Shown here: positions 9,941 through 18,875 of the stretch, one piece after another | Layout of the letters: each line of letters begins with the position of its first letter | Numbering within the stretch: position 1 is the first letter of the stretch | Assembly: GCA_002394605.1 (NCBI GenBank) | Contig: DGUI01000027.1 | Coordinates: 2,161 to 66,160, forward strand | DNA from: Mageeibacillus sp. UBA4314 | GTDB taxonomy: Bacteria; Bacillota; Clostridia; Saccharofermentanales; Saccharofermentanaceae | Direction: 5' to 3' | DNA length: 64,000 nucleotides | Notes under the pieces: model-generated | Told to the model about the DNA's origin: nothing | Databases searched by the model: none | What the model saw: only the letters and a program-made list of their open reading frames with translations | Program-made: the position numbers and the translations under genes

Positions 9941-10922
9941 TTTCCCTATAAAAGACGGTGCCGAGTTTGTCGTTTTCGATATGGAGTGGAACCAGCCCAT
10001 ATACGGAAAGGAATATGATATCGACGTATCCACGCTTACCGGGGAGATCATCGAGATCGGTGCAGTCAAGTATGTATATGAGAATGGTCATATTATAAAG
10101 ATGAAGTCTTTCTCAAGGGATATTAAGCCCGTCGTATATACCAGCATACATTATCATGTTAAGAAGGTTACAAACAAGACCAACAGTGATCTGCAGCGCG
10201 GTGTCTCCTTCGCAAGGGCGTATAACGACTTTGCCAACTTCATCGGTTCTGCGCAGATCCTCATCGGATGGGGCAATTCTGACCCTGCCATGCTCAAGCA
10301 GAATCTCAAGTTCTTCGACATGGATGATGACCTGCATATCTATTTCCTCGACCTCCAGCCTGTGTTCTCGCTGTTCGGAGGGGAGAGGGGACGTCAGAGG
10401 AGTGTTGAGTTTGCCGTGGACTATTATGGCATCACCAAATCCAACGGATTCCATTCGGCAACGTCGGATGCGATATATACGGGTAAGATATTTGAGAAGA
10501 TATTCGAATGCAATAAGACGGCTCAGGTCCTGTCGGCGATATCAAGTTCTGCCATCGATCCGGATGTTGTAAGTGAATATACATTTGTCGGAAGTCCATC
10601 CAAGGATCCGGCCAAGGCTTTCGAAGGGGTTGATGCATTCTGGAAGAAGTGTCCCATTTGTGACAGCACCCTGTCTGAGAAGATACCGAGGTTCCGTATC
10701 AGAAAATCAGAATATGCGCTGTTCTACTGCAGGAACCATGGTGAATTCTTTGCCAGGAACAGGGCAAAGAAGAACCGTGACGGCGATACATATGTTGCCT
10801 CAGTGCTCAGGATAGCCACCCAGAATGACTATTATCTGGTCGCTTCCAAGAAGGAGGAATTTGACAAGTTTGGCATAGAAGGCGAGCCTAAGGAAAAGGA
10901 AGAGAATACGGAAGAAAACTGA
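9933..10922 (+). CDS. DEDDh 3'-5' exonuclease (KapD/ERI-like) with C-terminal Cys/His zinc-binding domain
   Basis: VVFDMEWNQ, IIEIGAVK, WGNSD, HSATSDA motifs; CPIC...C.NHG. Confidence 0.8.
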   Translation: MLNFPIKDGAEFVVFDMEWNQPIYGKEYDIDVSTLTGEIIEIGAVKYVYENGHIIKMKSFSRDIKPVVYTSIHYHVKKVTNKTNSDLQRGVSFARAYNDFANFIGSAQILIGWGNSDPAMLKQNLKFFDMDDDLHIYFLDLQPVFSLFGGERGRQRSVEFAVDYYGITKSNGFHSATSDAIYTGKIFEKIFECNKTAQVLSAISSSAIDPDVVSEYTFVGSPSKDPAKAFEGVDAFWKKCPICDSTLSEKIPRFRIRKSEYALFYCRNHGEFFARNRAKKNRDGDTYVASVLRIATQNDYYLVASKKEEFDKFGIEGEPKEKEENTEEN

Positions 10923-10981
10923 CTTATTAACAATTTGTTCACACTTTGTGCAAAAAAAATTAGCAAATTTGAAATCTTTTG

Positions 10982-11010
10982 TTGAAATTTGTTACAGGAT
11001 GTTTTAGAAT
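10982..11010 (+). promoter_or_regulatory. Sigma70/SigA-type promoter of the large pilin-like gene
   Basis: TTGAAA-N17-TAGAAT upstream of ATG 11065. Confidence 0.6.
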
Positions 11011-11064
11011 ACGGATAACAAATATAAAAAGGCAAACTATACATACGAAGGGAAGGTACTTCAT

Positions 11065-13020
11065 ATGATCAGAAAGTCAAAGATAAATGGTGACAAGCAA
11101 GGTATCATTCTTGTTATGGTCCTCCTGATCGTTGCAATGGCGATGATCTTCATCTCTGCGGCTCTGTTGCTTACAAATTCAACAAGGAGCAGACTCTACA
11201 ACAACGCAGAAGAGAGCCAGGCAAGACTTACGGTTACATCTGCTGCCGAGGCTTTATATCAGGCTCTCGAGATGCAGGAGATCAGTGACGATACGCTCGG
11301 AGCTCTTGCTGCAGGATCCGGTTCTACGTTGACATTGACAGTAGATGACGGAACAGTTGCAGGTATGGGTACCGCAGCTGATAACTGCACGAAGGTTCAT
11401 ATCTACGAGAAGAAGGTCAGCTCTGTTGACTATGTTTACATGGATTTCACAACAACGATCGGTCCCAAGTCCGAGAATGTCCGTATGATCCTCAAGGCTC
11501 CTACGCCTCCGGTCAAGACTAACCTCTTCAGCACAGTCATGGACCTCGCAGGTGCTGCAGGCGACCAGAACCTCGCTCAGTTCAATATCGGTGAGGGCGG
11601 CGGATCCAAGAAGGACAATGTTGTTGTCGTTCGTGGTTCAGGTAAGAAGTATGTTATCGACCGTGCAAACCAGGATATCTATTCAACTCATATCTTCGTT
11701 GGTGAGACAAGTTCAACATCGATCGATGTATGGCTCAGAGACTCATCATACTACGGCGATCTCGTATTCTACGGCGATTATGCAACACTTCACTGGGATC
11801 TCCAGCCTAAGATCAAGGGTAATGTATATTTCCTCGGCAAGTCTTCCGGTACTGACAAGAACGCTTTTACAGGTGTTGACAGCACATCAAGGACTTTCGG
11901 TGAGAACTCAGCTTCATGGGTATTTGTTAACCGTGTAGCAAATGGTGACACAGACCGTGTTGAGAACATGCTCAAGAACAAGACTTGCGTTCTCCTTCTT
12001 GACAGCTCAAACGACACAGGTGCAAGTGTAAGCTGGGACGATGACAATGCTTCCGGAATCTCTGCTTCTCAGAAGTCAACATGGAAGTCAAGTTATACAG
12101 CAGGTTCTTCCAAGATCACAAATCTCAAGAAGGCCATCAAGGATTACATGAGTTCAACATTTGACGGTGACGGAGCTTTCCCTACGACCGATCAGGCTTT
12201 GAACACTGTACATGTAAACAAGTCAAGCTCGGGAGCTGCTCAGTACACAGCTTCTAACTTCCTCAACACGTTTGCATATTCAGCTTCACATAAGACATTC
12301 CTCCCTGCAGGCAACTACAGGATCTATGATTCAGGTTCAGGTTCTCACAGCATGAACACATCAGCCAAGAACGGTCAGGGAGACATCAAGTATGTATTCC
12401 TTAACGGTGCATTTGATTACAACATCTACTTCGGCGCTGACTACGACATGACCGGTGTACTCTTCGTACAGCTTGGCGGTACAAAGAATTCTATCTGCAA
12501 CTTCATCCTTGAGAAGAATTGCGACCTGACACTCGGCTATTCGAACTACACAAACAATGATTACTACGGTACCGGTTTTGTATCAGTAAGTTCTTCAGGT
12601 TATTCAACTCCCGAGGCTATGTACACGGCATTTAGCACAATGAAGATGGGTTCAACAACAGCTTCTGTATATGACGGAACAAAGAGACCTTATATGTACA
12701 TCTACGGTATCGGCGGTACAAACGGCAACCATGTAACATTCGGTAACAGCGGCGGTGCAAGATGCGTAGTTGAAGCTTATGTTGGTCTGTTCGAGGATTC
12801 ATATCCCGGTAAGTCCATACTTGAGTTCTCAAATCAGCCTGTATACTTCTACGGCAGAATCCAGGCAGCTAAGTTCATCGCAGATACGAACAGCAACAAT
12901 AGCCACATCTACTATTGTCCTGACCCTAACTCTGATGATGATGATTCACCTAAGCCTGCAAGGACCGGTTACTCAGTATACGATGTTATCTACTACTACG
13001 ATTTCTCATCTCCTACATGA
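11065..13020 (+). CDS. Large PilX/GspK-type minor pilin (putative tip pilin/adhesin)
   Basis: Class III signal KQG|IILVMVLLIVAM with no Glu5, followed by 'EESQARLTVTSAAEALY' (PilX-N pattern); large Ser/Gly/Asn-rich beta-type C-terminal region. Confidence 0.78.
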   Translation: MIRKSKINGDKQGIILVMVLLIVAMAMIFISAALLLTNSTRSRLYNNAEESQARLTVTSAAEALYQALEMQEISDDTLGALAAGSGSTLTLTVDDGTVAGMGTAADNCTKVHIYEKKVSSVDYVYMDFTTTIGPKSENVRMILKAPTPPVKTNLFSTVMDLAGAAGDQNLAQFNIGEGGGSKKDNVVVVRGSGKKYVIDRANQDIYSTHIFVGETSSTSIDVWLRDSSYYGDLVFYGDYATLHWDLQPKIKGNVYFLGKSSGTDKNAFTGVDSTSRTFGENSASWVFVNRVANGDTDRVENMLKNKTCVLLLDSSNDTGASVSWDDDNASGISASQKSTWKSSYTAGSSKITNLKKAIKDYMSSTFDGDGAFPTTDQALNTVHVNKSSSGAAQYTASNFLNTFAYSASHKTFLPAGNYRIYDSGSGSHSMNTSAKNGQGDIKYVFLNGAFDYNIYFGADYDMTGVLFVQLGGTKNSICNFILEKNCDLTLGYSNYTNNDYYGTGFVSVSSSGYSTPEAMYTAFSTMKMGSTTASVYDGTKRPYMYIYGIGGTNGNHVTFGNSGGARCVVEAYVGLFEDSYPGKSILEFSNQPVYFYGRIQAAKFIADTNSNNSHIYYCPDPNSDDDDSPKPARTGYSVYDVIYYYDFSSPT

Positions 13021-13059
13021 TAGGATGAGCACATCAGAGAGTTAAGCACAAGCAAGAAC

Positions 13060-13087
13060 AACGGGCTGTCAGAGATGACAGCCCGTT
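13060..13087. terminator. Intrinsic terminator between convergent genes
   Basis: AACGGGCTGTCA-gaga-TGACAGCCCGTT perfect 12-bp stem. Confidence 0.8.
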
Positions 13088-13115
13088 TATCATTGTCATA
13101 GGATCAGAAGGAGCC

Positions 13116-13547
13116 TTATTCTATCGTCAGGAGATAAGCGCCGGAGTCTTTCAGCCAGACAAGAGTCTGGAACATCTCTGAGGCAGATATGCCGATCATG
13201 TCGGAAGGAATGGATATTCCAAAAAGAGAACAGCTCTCCGTACAGACGTATACGGCATCAGTCTTGCCGGAAGATACAAGGTCTTTGAACTTACCGCTAA
13301 GCACATTATCCGGACAGATCAGCTTTGTACCGGTGTCTATGAGATAGATACTGTCAATATGTTTATTGGCAGTAATGAGCGAATCAAAGAGTTCGCGGAG
13401 AAGATCCCTGCCATGCTTGTTGTCAGATGAATAATGATCGTGCTTTATGAACAGGGATATCCCGTAAGAACTGCTTTCTGCTTCGAGTTCATATTCATCC
13501 TTGACCAGGAACCCGAGATCATTTGCTTCCTTTGGATTGTTTCTCAT
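13116..13547 (-). CDS. DsrE/YedF-C-like hypothetical protein
   Basis: 'GRDLLRELFDSL...IYLIDTGTKL...VYVCTESC' resembles the DsrE-type domain of YedF; ATG 13547 has AGGAG RBS. Confidence 0.5.
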   Translation of the reverse strand: MRNNPKEANDLGFLVKDEYELEAESSSYGISLFIKHDHYSSDNKHGRDLLRELFDSLITANKHIDSIYLIDTGTKLICPDNVLSGKFKDLVSSGKTDAVYVCTESCSLFGISIPSDMIGISASEMFQTLVWLKDSGAYLLTIE

Positions 13548-14280
13548 CAAAATCACTCCTGTCTGAAGCGAGGAATCTCATTGAACGCTGAATGGCATTC
13601 TTAGAGTTACCCCACGGTTTGTCATTATTGCGGTAATCAAACTTCAGTGTGAACCACTCGACATCATCGATCAGTTCGCTGAAGTATTTCCCGTCATTCT
13701 GATAAAGAGCTTCCACAAGATCTGCAGCATCGTTCTGGGAGAGCTTGGCAGCTGCCCTTAAGAGCATGGCCGTGTGGGGAAGGCAGTGGGATTTCGCTCC
13801 CGCAAACTTCTCCTTAAAACCGTCTTCATGCTTAAACATATAAGTGATCACTTCAATGTAGTGACCCATTGAATCGTTAAGCTTGCTGCAGATCGGGCAT
13901 TCCTTTGTGCGCTTATCGATCTTATCTGCCAAAGCTGTAAGTTTTGATTTATAATCAGAACTTCTGCCCTTAAACAGTGATGACTTTCCGGGAATAGAAT
14001 CCTTCATCACATTCATCAGGTCGTCATTCACATCCTTAAGATGAGTATGGAGCATGAGCCCGAGGCCGAGCCTGTTCGCTTCCCGCCTGTTGAGCTTTCC
14101 CAGGTGATCCGGGCAGAATCCCGTCTTATTGGTGATCTTACGGGTATCAGGTTCCATCAGTGAAGGTCCCAGATAGTAATCAAGTTCGTTGGTCTCCGCC
14201 TTCGAAGCGAGCTCGCATAGGGGACAGTCACATTCTGACTGGTATGCATCGTTTACGGGGATCATGTATATTCTTTCCAT
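13519..14280 (-). CDS. DUF6062-family conserved clostridial protein
   Basis: IPVNDAY..ECDCPLC, MEPD.R..TN..GFC..H, CPIC, CLPH, KFDYRN motifs. Confidence 0.75.
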   Translation of the reverse strand: MERIYMIPVNDAYQSECDCPLCELASKAETNELDYYLGPSLMEPDTRKITNKTGFCPDHLGKLNRREANRLGLGLMLHTHLKDVNDDLMNVMKDSIPGKSSLFKGRSSDYKSKLTALADKIDKRTKECPICSKLNDSMGHYIEVITYMFKHEDGFKEKFAGAKSHCLPHTAMLLRAAAKLSQNDAADLVEALYQNDGKYFSELIDDVEWFTLKFDYRNNDKPWGNSKNAIQRSMRFLASDRSDFDEKQSKGSK

Positions 14281-14295
14281 TAACGCCTCCTCTTA

Positions 14296-15363
14296 TTACG
14301 TGTCAGCATGAACAAGTCTGTCGGCACGGACATTTACTTCGTTTATGGTGATGGACGTGAATTCCTCTACCGCAGCGCCAACCCTCTGCTGAGCCTGCGA
14401 GAGGACATCCTGTGCGTCAAACCCGTAGAATATGGAGATATTCAGGCTTATCGCGACACCGTATGTCTTCTTCTCTGTCTTGAAAGACGTGACCTCAGCA
14501 ATACCCGGGATGTCCTTAAGGACTATCTTGATGAGATCGAGAAGAGCATCATCCGATATCGAATAAGAACCGAGGGAAGAGAAGGTAGGTCTTACGACTG
14601 TTCTCTCGGATTCCGGTGCGATCGGCGTTATGCCGCGCTCGCGGTCGAGTCTCTGACGGAGCTTGCTGAAAGGATCAGAAAAATATCCGGAGAACTCGTG
14701 CTTGATTTCCATGCTCGGGACGGGGATCGTGTGCATGCCTTCAGACAATCTTGTGTTGCGTGCCAGACGTCTCTCTTCCTCGGTCGAGACATCCTCGATC
14801 CTGATGAGCATCGAAGGCTGGTTGAGCCATAGGTTCGTGCATATCTTCTCGAGCATTGAATCTGAAGTCCCCAAGATCATTAGGGCCTTCGGCATATTCT
14901 CGACCAGAGCCCTGCGCATGACCTCTGATCTGGTGGGATCTACAAATATTGCCTGCCTGACCGACTCGATCTTGGTCGGTGCCTTCTTGGCAGACGTTCC
15001 TGCGACTATCCTGCTTCCGTTGATCAGAAGTCCGTCATCGATTATGTAGTAGATCTCATTCTCGCCGGCGACCTTGATGGCCCTGGTGCTCTTGCCGGTT
15101 CCGGATTGACCGATAAAGGCAACAACTGCAATGTTCGACAGAGCATCGCGCGTCAATTGCTCGCTTGACAGTATCTTCTCGACATTGCGTTCGGATTCAT
15201 AGGAGTTGTTTCCGCCTGAAGCACCGGTCTTGTCAAATCTTCTCAGGGTATCCCTAAGTTCAGGGAGGAGCACACGTCTCCAACCGGCAGCGGTCTCTCT
15301 GGATTCTGCCGGGTTGTGAGAAGCATTGTGTTTGCCGTCAGAAGTATTTGCCATAGCTATCAA
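14296..15363 (-). CDS. P-loop NTPase domain fused to Asp23/Gls24 domain
   Basis: Walker A GQSGTGKS; C-terminal 'G.YSISD...V.I.L.I.I.YG.....V....Q..V...VE..T...I..VNV' Asp23 pattern; start could be ATG 15354. Confidence 0.75.
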   Translation of the reverse strand: MIAMANTSDGKHNASHNPAESRETAAGWRRVLLPELRDTLRRFDKTGASGGNNSYESERNVEKILSSEQLTRDALSNIAVVAFIGQSGTGKSTRAIKVAGENEIYYIIDDGLLINGSRIVAGTSAKKAPTKIESVRQAIFVDPTRSEVMRRALVENMPKALMILGTSDSMLEKICTNLWLNQPSMLIRIEDVSTEEERRLARNTRLSEGMHTIPVPSMEIKHEFSGYFSDPFSKLRQRLDRERGITPIAPESERTVVRPTFSSLGSYSISDDALLDLIKIVLKDIPGIAEVTSFKTEKKTYGVAISLNISIFYGFDAQDVLSQAQQRVGAAVEEFTSITINEVNVRADRLVHADT

Positions 15364-15374
15364 AGATCAGCCGG

Positions 15375-16100
15375 TCAGTTATCCCAGCTGTGGTAGTATT
15401 CCTGGATGTCTTCGTTCTCGTCCATCATCTCGAACATCTTCTCGAGCTGGGCTACCGTATCCTCATCTGTGATCTGCGTCAATGTCGTAGCGACAGGGCC
15501 GAGGCTCGAATCAACAAACGTATACCCCTTGGCTTCAAGGGCATCCTTGACCTCGTAATAGCTTGAAGGATCCGTTACGACTTCATAGTACTCGTCCTCA
15601 GCGACGAAGTCGGCTGCTCCGCACTCCAGGCTGTCGAGCATTACCGTATCCTCATCTTCAAAGTCCTCTCTTGAGATAAGGATGCTGCCCTTCTCTTCGA
15701 AAAGGAATGATACGCTTCCCGATACGCCCATGTTGCCGCCGTTCTTATCGAAAATATGCCTCAGATCAGCAGCAGTCCTGTTACGGTTATTCGTAAGCGC
15801 CCTGACCATGACTGCGACTCCGCCGGGACCATAACCTTCGTATGTGATCTCTTCGTAATCGTCGCCTTCGCCTGCACCGGCCGCCTTCTTGATCGCCCTG
15901 TTGATATTGTCATTGGGCATATTGGCAGCCTTTGCCTTAGAAATGATATCCTTAAGCCTCGAGTTGCCGTCAGGATCAGGGCCTCCGGCCTTGACTGCAA
16001 CGGCGATATCCTTTGCGATCTTAGTAAATACAGCACCCTTTGCTGCATCTGACGCTTCCTTCTTGCGGCGGATGTTGCTCCATTTGGAGTGACCTGACAT
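15375..16100 (-). CDS. yebC: YebC/PmpR family protein
   Basis: MSGHSKWSNI, YEGYGPGGVA, GGNMG..GSV.F.F hallmark motifs. Confidence 0.96.
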   Translation of the reverse strand: MSGHSKWSNIRRKKEASDAAKGAVFTKIAKDIAVAVKAGGPDPDGNSRLKDIISKAKAANMPNDNINRAIKKAAGAGEGDDYEEITYEGYGPGGVAVMVRALTNNRNRTAADLRHIFDKNGGNMGVSGSVSFLFEEKGSILISREDFEDEDTVMLDSLECGAADFVAEDEYYEVVTDPSSYYEVKDALEAKGYTFVDSSLGPVATTLTQITDEDTVAQLEKMFEMMDENEDIQEYYHSWDN

Positions 16101-16107
16101 AGTAAAA

Positions 16108-16956
16108 TTACCTCCCTGTTAAAAACATATAAATAATATGAACGACCGACACGGCCTGAAGGATACAGACTGTGGCGATCCCAAAATATTTATCGGATCT
16201 TGTGTTCTTTGTTACGGCTCTTGCGATCGAGTAGGAAAGACCATAGATGGCAAAATCAAGCCACTTGCTCGTAAACTGGTAATAGTAGCCGAACATGAAT
16301 ATCGATGAAAGCGTTATGTCCATATAGACATCGCCCTTCGTGTACTTCTTCTTCATCAGCAGCGCAAGCAGGAAGCAAACTGCGCATACGGCGCAGATCC
16401 TTCCTATCGTTACCCCGAGATTGATGAGTATCTCAACGATGCCTCCTTCGAGGATCCCGAAAGCGGGGGGAAGGATAACTGCAATGACAACGCATATGAC
16501 TGCCCAGACTGCAGTTACTATGTGGTTTGAACCGGTATCGTAGTAGATCATCATGGAAGATACGCAGGCTGCAAGGAGCAGGACATATGAGATAAAGTAG
16601 AGCAGGAAGAACGTCTGCTGGTTATATCCGAGATTGATGATAGCTGCGTAAGCATATTTGTAGACCCCGACCGACGCGATCAGGAAGAGAACGCCGGTAA
16701 AACTCTCGATCTTGGTATATCTCGAAGCGATGGGAGCGCCGCAGTACCTGCACTTGCCCTTGAGCGTCGCCCAGCTTATGATCGGTATCAGATCCTTGGC
16801 TCCCAGTTTATGTCCGCACGTCATACACATGGAATGTCCCTTGACTATCGTTCTTCCGGCAGGGAGCCTGTATATCACAACATTAAGGAAACTGCCTATG
16901 ATCACGCCGAAAACGCCGGAAATGAAAATAAAATAAACTGCCAGAAAAATATCCAA
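16108..16956 (-). CDS. pilD: Prepilin peptidase/N-methyltransferase
   Basis: GSFLNVVIYRLP, C..C...L...DLIPI.SW..LKGKCRYC; TTG start after GGAGG; C-terminal peptidase part divergent. Confidence 0.85.
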   Translation of the reverse strand: MDIFLAVYFIFISGVFGVIIGSFLNVVIYRLPAGRTIVKGHSMCMTCGHKLGAKDLIPIISWATLKGKCRYCGAPIASRYTKIESFTGVLFLIASVGVYKYAYAAIINLGYNQQTFFLLYFISYVLLLAACVSSMMIYYDTGSNHIVTAVWAVICVVIAVILPPAFGILEGGIVEILINLGVTIGRICAVCAVCFLLALLMKKKYTKGDVYMDITLSSIFMFGYYYQFTSKWLDFAIYGLSYSIARAVTKNTRSDKYFGIATVCILQAVSVVHIIYMFLTGR

Positions 16957-17057
16957 AGAAACACCTCCGTAAACTAAGAGTAATATAACATAAACGCGAT
17001 TTTATTAAAACATATTAATCTGTAACCTATTTCGGTAGACAAAATTCATAAATTTAC

Positions 17058-17086
17058 TTGTTTTTTGTGACATATTGTTATATAGT
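17058..17086 (+). promoter_or_regulatory. Putative SigA promoter of the pilB operon
   Basis: TTGTTT-N17-TATAGT in the AT-rich divergent intergenic region. Confidence 0.4.
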
Positions 17087-17189
17087 TTGATAAATATTAG
17101 GCTCGATTATTGTGTCGAGGTGTCTCCATTTGCGCCTCCCCATGTTATTGACCTATTATAACAGGCGTAGCCTTAAACCAGGAGGAAGT

Positions 17190-18857
17190 ATGAAGAGATT
17201 AGGTGATATCCTCATCGAGAGTGGATTCCTGTCTGCGGCTGAGCTTTCAGAGGCTCTGACCAATTCGAAGGAAACCGGCAAGCGACTCGGAGAGGTAATC
17301 GTCGATATGGGCTTAATGTCCGAGTTTGATATTCTCCGAGCAGTGTCAAGCCAGTACGATTACCCGATTATTGACTTGACCAGTATCGAGATCGACCAGA
17401 AGGCAACATCCCTTTTCGACGAGAAGTATTGTGTCGAGAACTGCGTTTTACCGATAGGTTTTGATGGTGACAATCTTGTAGTTGCTATCGATGACCCTAT
17501 GAACATCCTTATAATGGATGATCTCCAGTTCAGGTCAGGCTATAACGTAACCCCGATGCTTGCGACCAAGACATCTATCCTCGAGGCTGTTAAGGTTAAT
17601 TACGGTAAGGAGCAGGCAGCTCAGGCAGCCGAAGAGCTCGGCATCGACATGAGCCAGGATCTTGAAGGTCTTGATTCCGAATTGTCAGATGCGGTTAACT
17701 CAGCTCCTGTTGTTAAGCTCGTAAACTCAATGATCGATTACGCTATCAGAGCAGGATCATCAGATATCCATATCGAACCTATGGAAGACAGGGTTCGAGT
17801 CAGGATAAGAATCGACGGCGTCATGCAGGAAGTCATGAGCAACCCGCTCGCTGCAAAAGATGCCATCACTACCAGGATCAAGATCCTCGGCGGTATGAAC
17901 ATCGCTGAGAAGAGGATCCCTCAGGACGGCCGTATCAGAACAGAGATCAACGGCGAACCCGTGGACATGCGTGTATCCATCCTTCCTTGTATCACAGGTG
18001 AGAAGACGGTTATCCGTATCCTTGCAAAGAACGATGGCAACCTCAACCGTAAGTTCCTCGGCATAAGCGATCACAATAATGCGCTTATCGATAAGATCGT
18101 TAAGGTCCCTCAGGGCGTTTGCCTCGTATCAGGACCTACCGGTTCAGGTAAGACAACAACACTTTATACTATCCTTTGTGAGAAGAACACACCTGAAACT
18201 AATATCATTACAGCTGAAGACCCTGTCGAGATCCGTATCCCCGGACTTAACCAGTGTCAGATCAATGCTAAGGCCGGAATGACATTTGCTTCAGCACTCC
18301 GTTCTATCTTGCGTCAGGACCCTGATATCGTACTCGTCGGAGAGATCCGTGACGGTGAGACTGCCGAGATCGCGATGAGAGCTGCTATCACGGGTCACTT
18401 GGTTTTCAGCACCATCCATACGAATGATGCTGTATCTTCAATTAACCGTCTCATAGACATGGGTATCGAGCCTTACATGGTATCTACTGCCGTTGTAGGC
18501 GTCATCTCCCAGCGTCTCGTCAGAAGGATCTGTACCAATTGCCGTAAGACATACGAACCCGATGAGGCTCTCAAGGAACAGCTTCAGCTTGAAGATGGAC
18601 AGAAGCTCTATATGGGTGAAGGCTGTACTGACTGCAATGGTTCAGGTTATAAGGGCCGTATCGCTATCCACGAGATCATCTGTATGACCAAGGGCATGAA
18701 GATGCTTCTCGAGAAGCGTGCTACTGAAGAGGAAATGAGAGTCCTTGCCGTATCAGAAGGTACACAGATGCTCTTCGATTCTGCAAAGGCGCTTGTTCTT
18801 GAAGGTATCTCGACTGTTGACGAGATGAACAGAGTTGCATACTCAATTGACGGATAA
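17190..18857 (+). CDS. pilB: Type IV pilus assembly ATPase PilB (GspE family)
   Basis: N-terminal MshEN-like 'RLGDILI..G.L...EL..AL' and 'RLGEVIV'; ASDIHIEP, GPTGSGKTTT, EDPVE, LRQDPDIVLVGEIRD; ATG 17190 after GGAGG. Confidence 0.95.
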   Translation: MKRLGDILIESGFLSAAELSEALTNSKETGKRLGEVIVDMGLMSEFDILRAVSSQYDYPIIDLTSIEIDQKATSLFDEKYCVENCVLPIGFDGDNLVVAIDDPMNILIMDDLQFRSGYNVTPMLATKTSILEAVKVNYGKEQAAQAAEELGIDMSQDLEGLDSELSDAVNSAPVVKLVNSMIDYAIRAGSSDIHIEPMEDRVRVRIRIDGVMQEVMSNPLAAKDAITTRIKILGGMNIAEKRIPQDGRIRTEINGEPVDMRVSILPCITGEKTVIRILAKNDGNLNRKFLGISDHNNALIDKIVKVPQGVCLVSGPTGSGKTTTLYTILCEKNTPETNIITAEDPVEIRIPGLNQCQINAKAGMTFASALRSILRQDPDIVLVGEIRDGETAEIAMRAAITGHLVFSTIHTNDAVSSINRLIDMGIEPYMVSTAVVGVISQRLVRRICTNCRKTYEPDEALKEQLQLEDGQKLYMGEGCTDCNGSGYKGRIAIHEIICMTKGMKMLLEKRATEEEMRVLAVSEGTQMLFDSAKALVLEGISTVDEMNRVAYSIDG

Positions 18858-18875
18858 TATTAGGAGGTAACAAAA

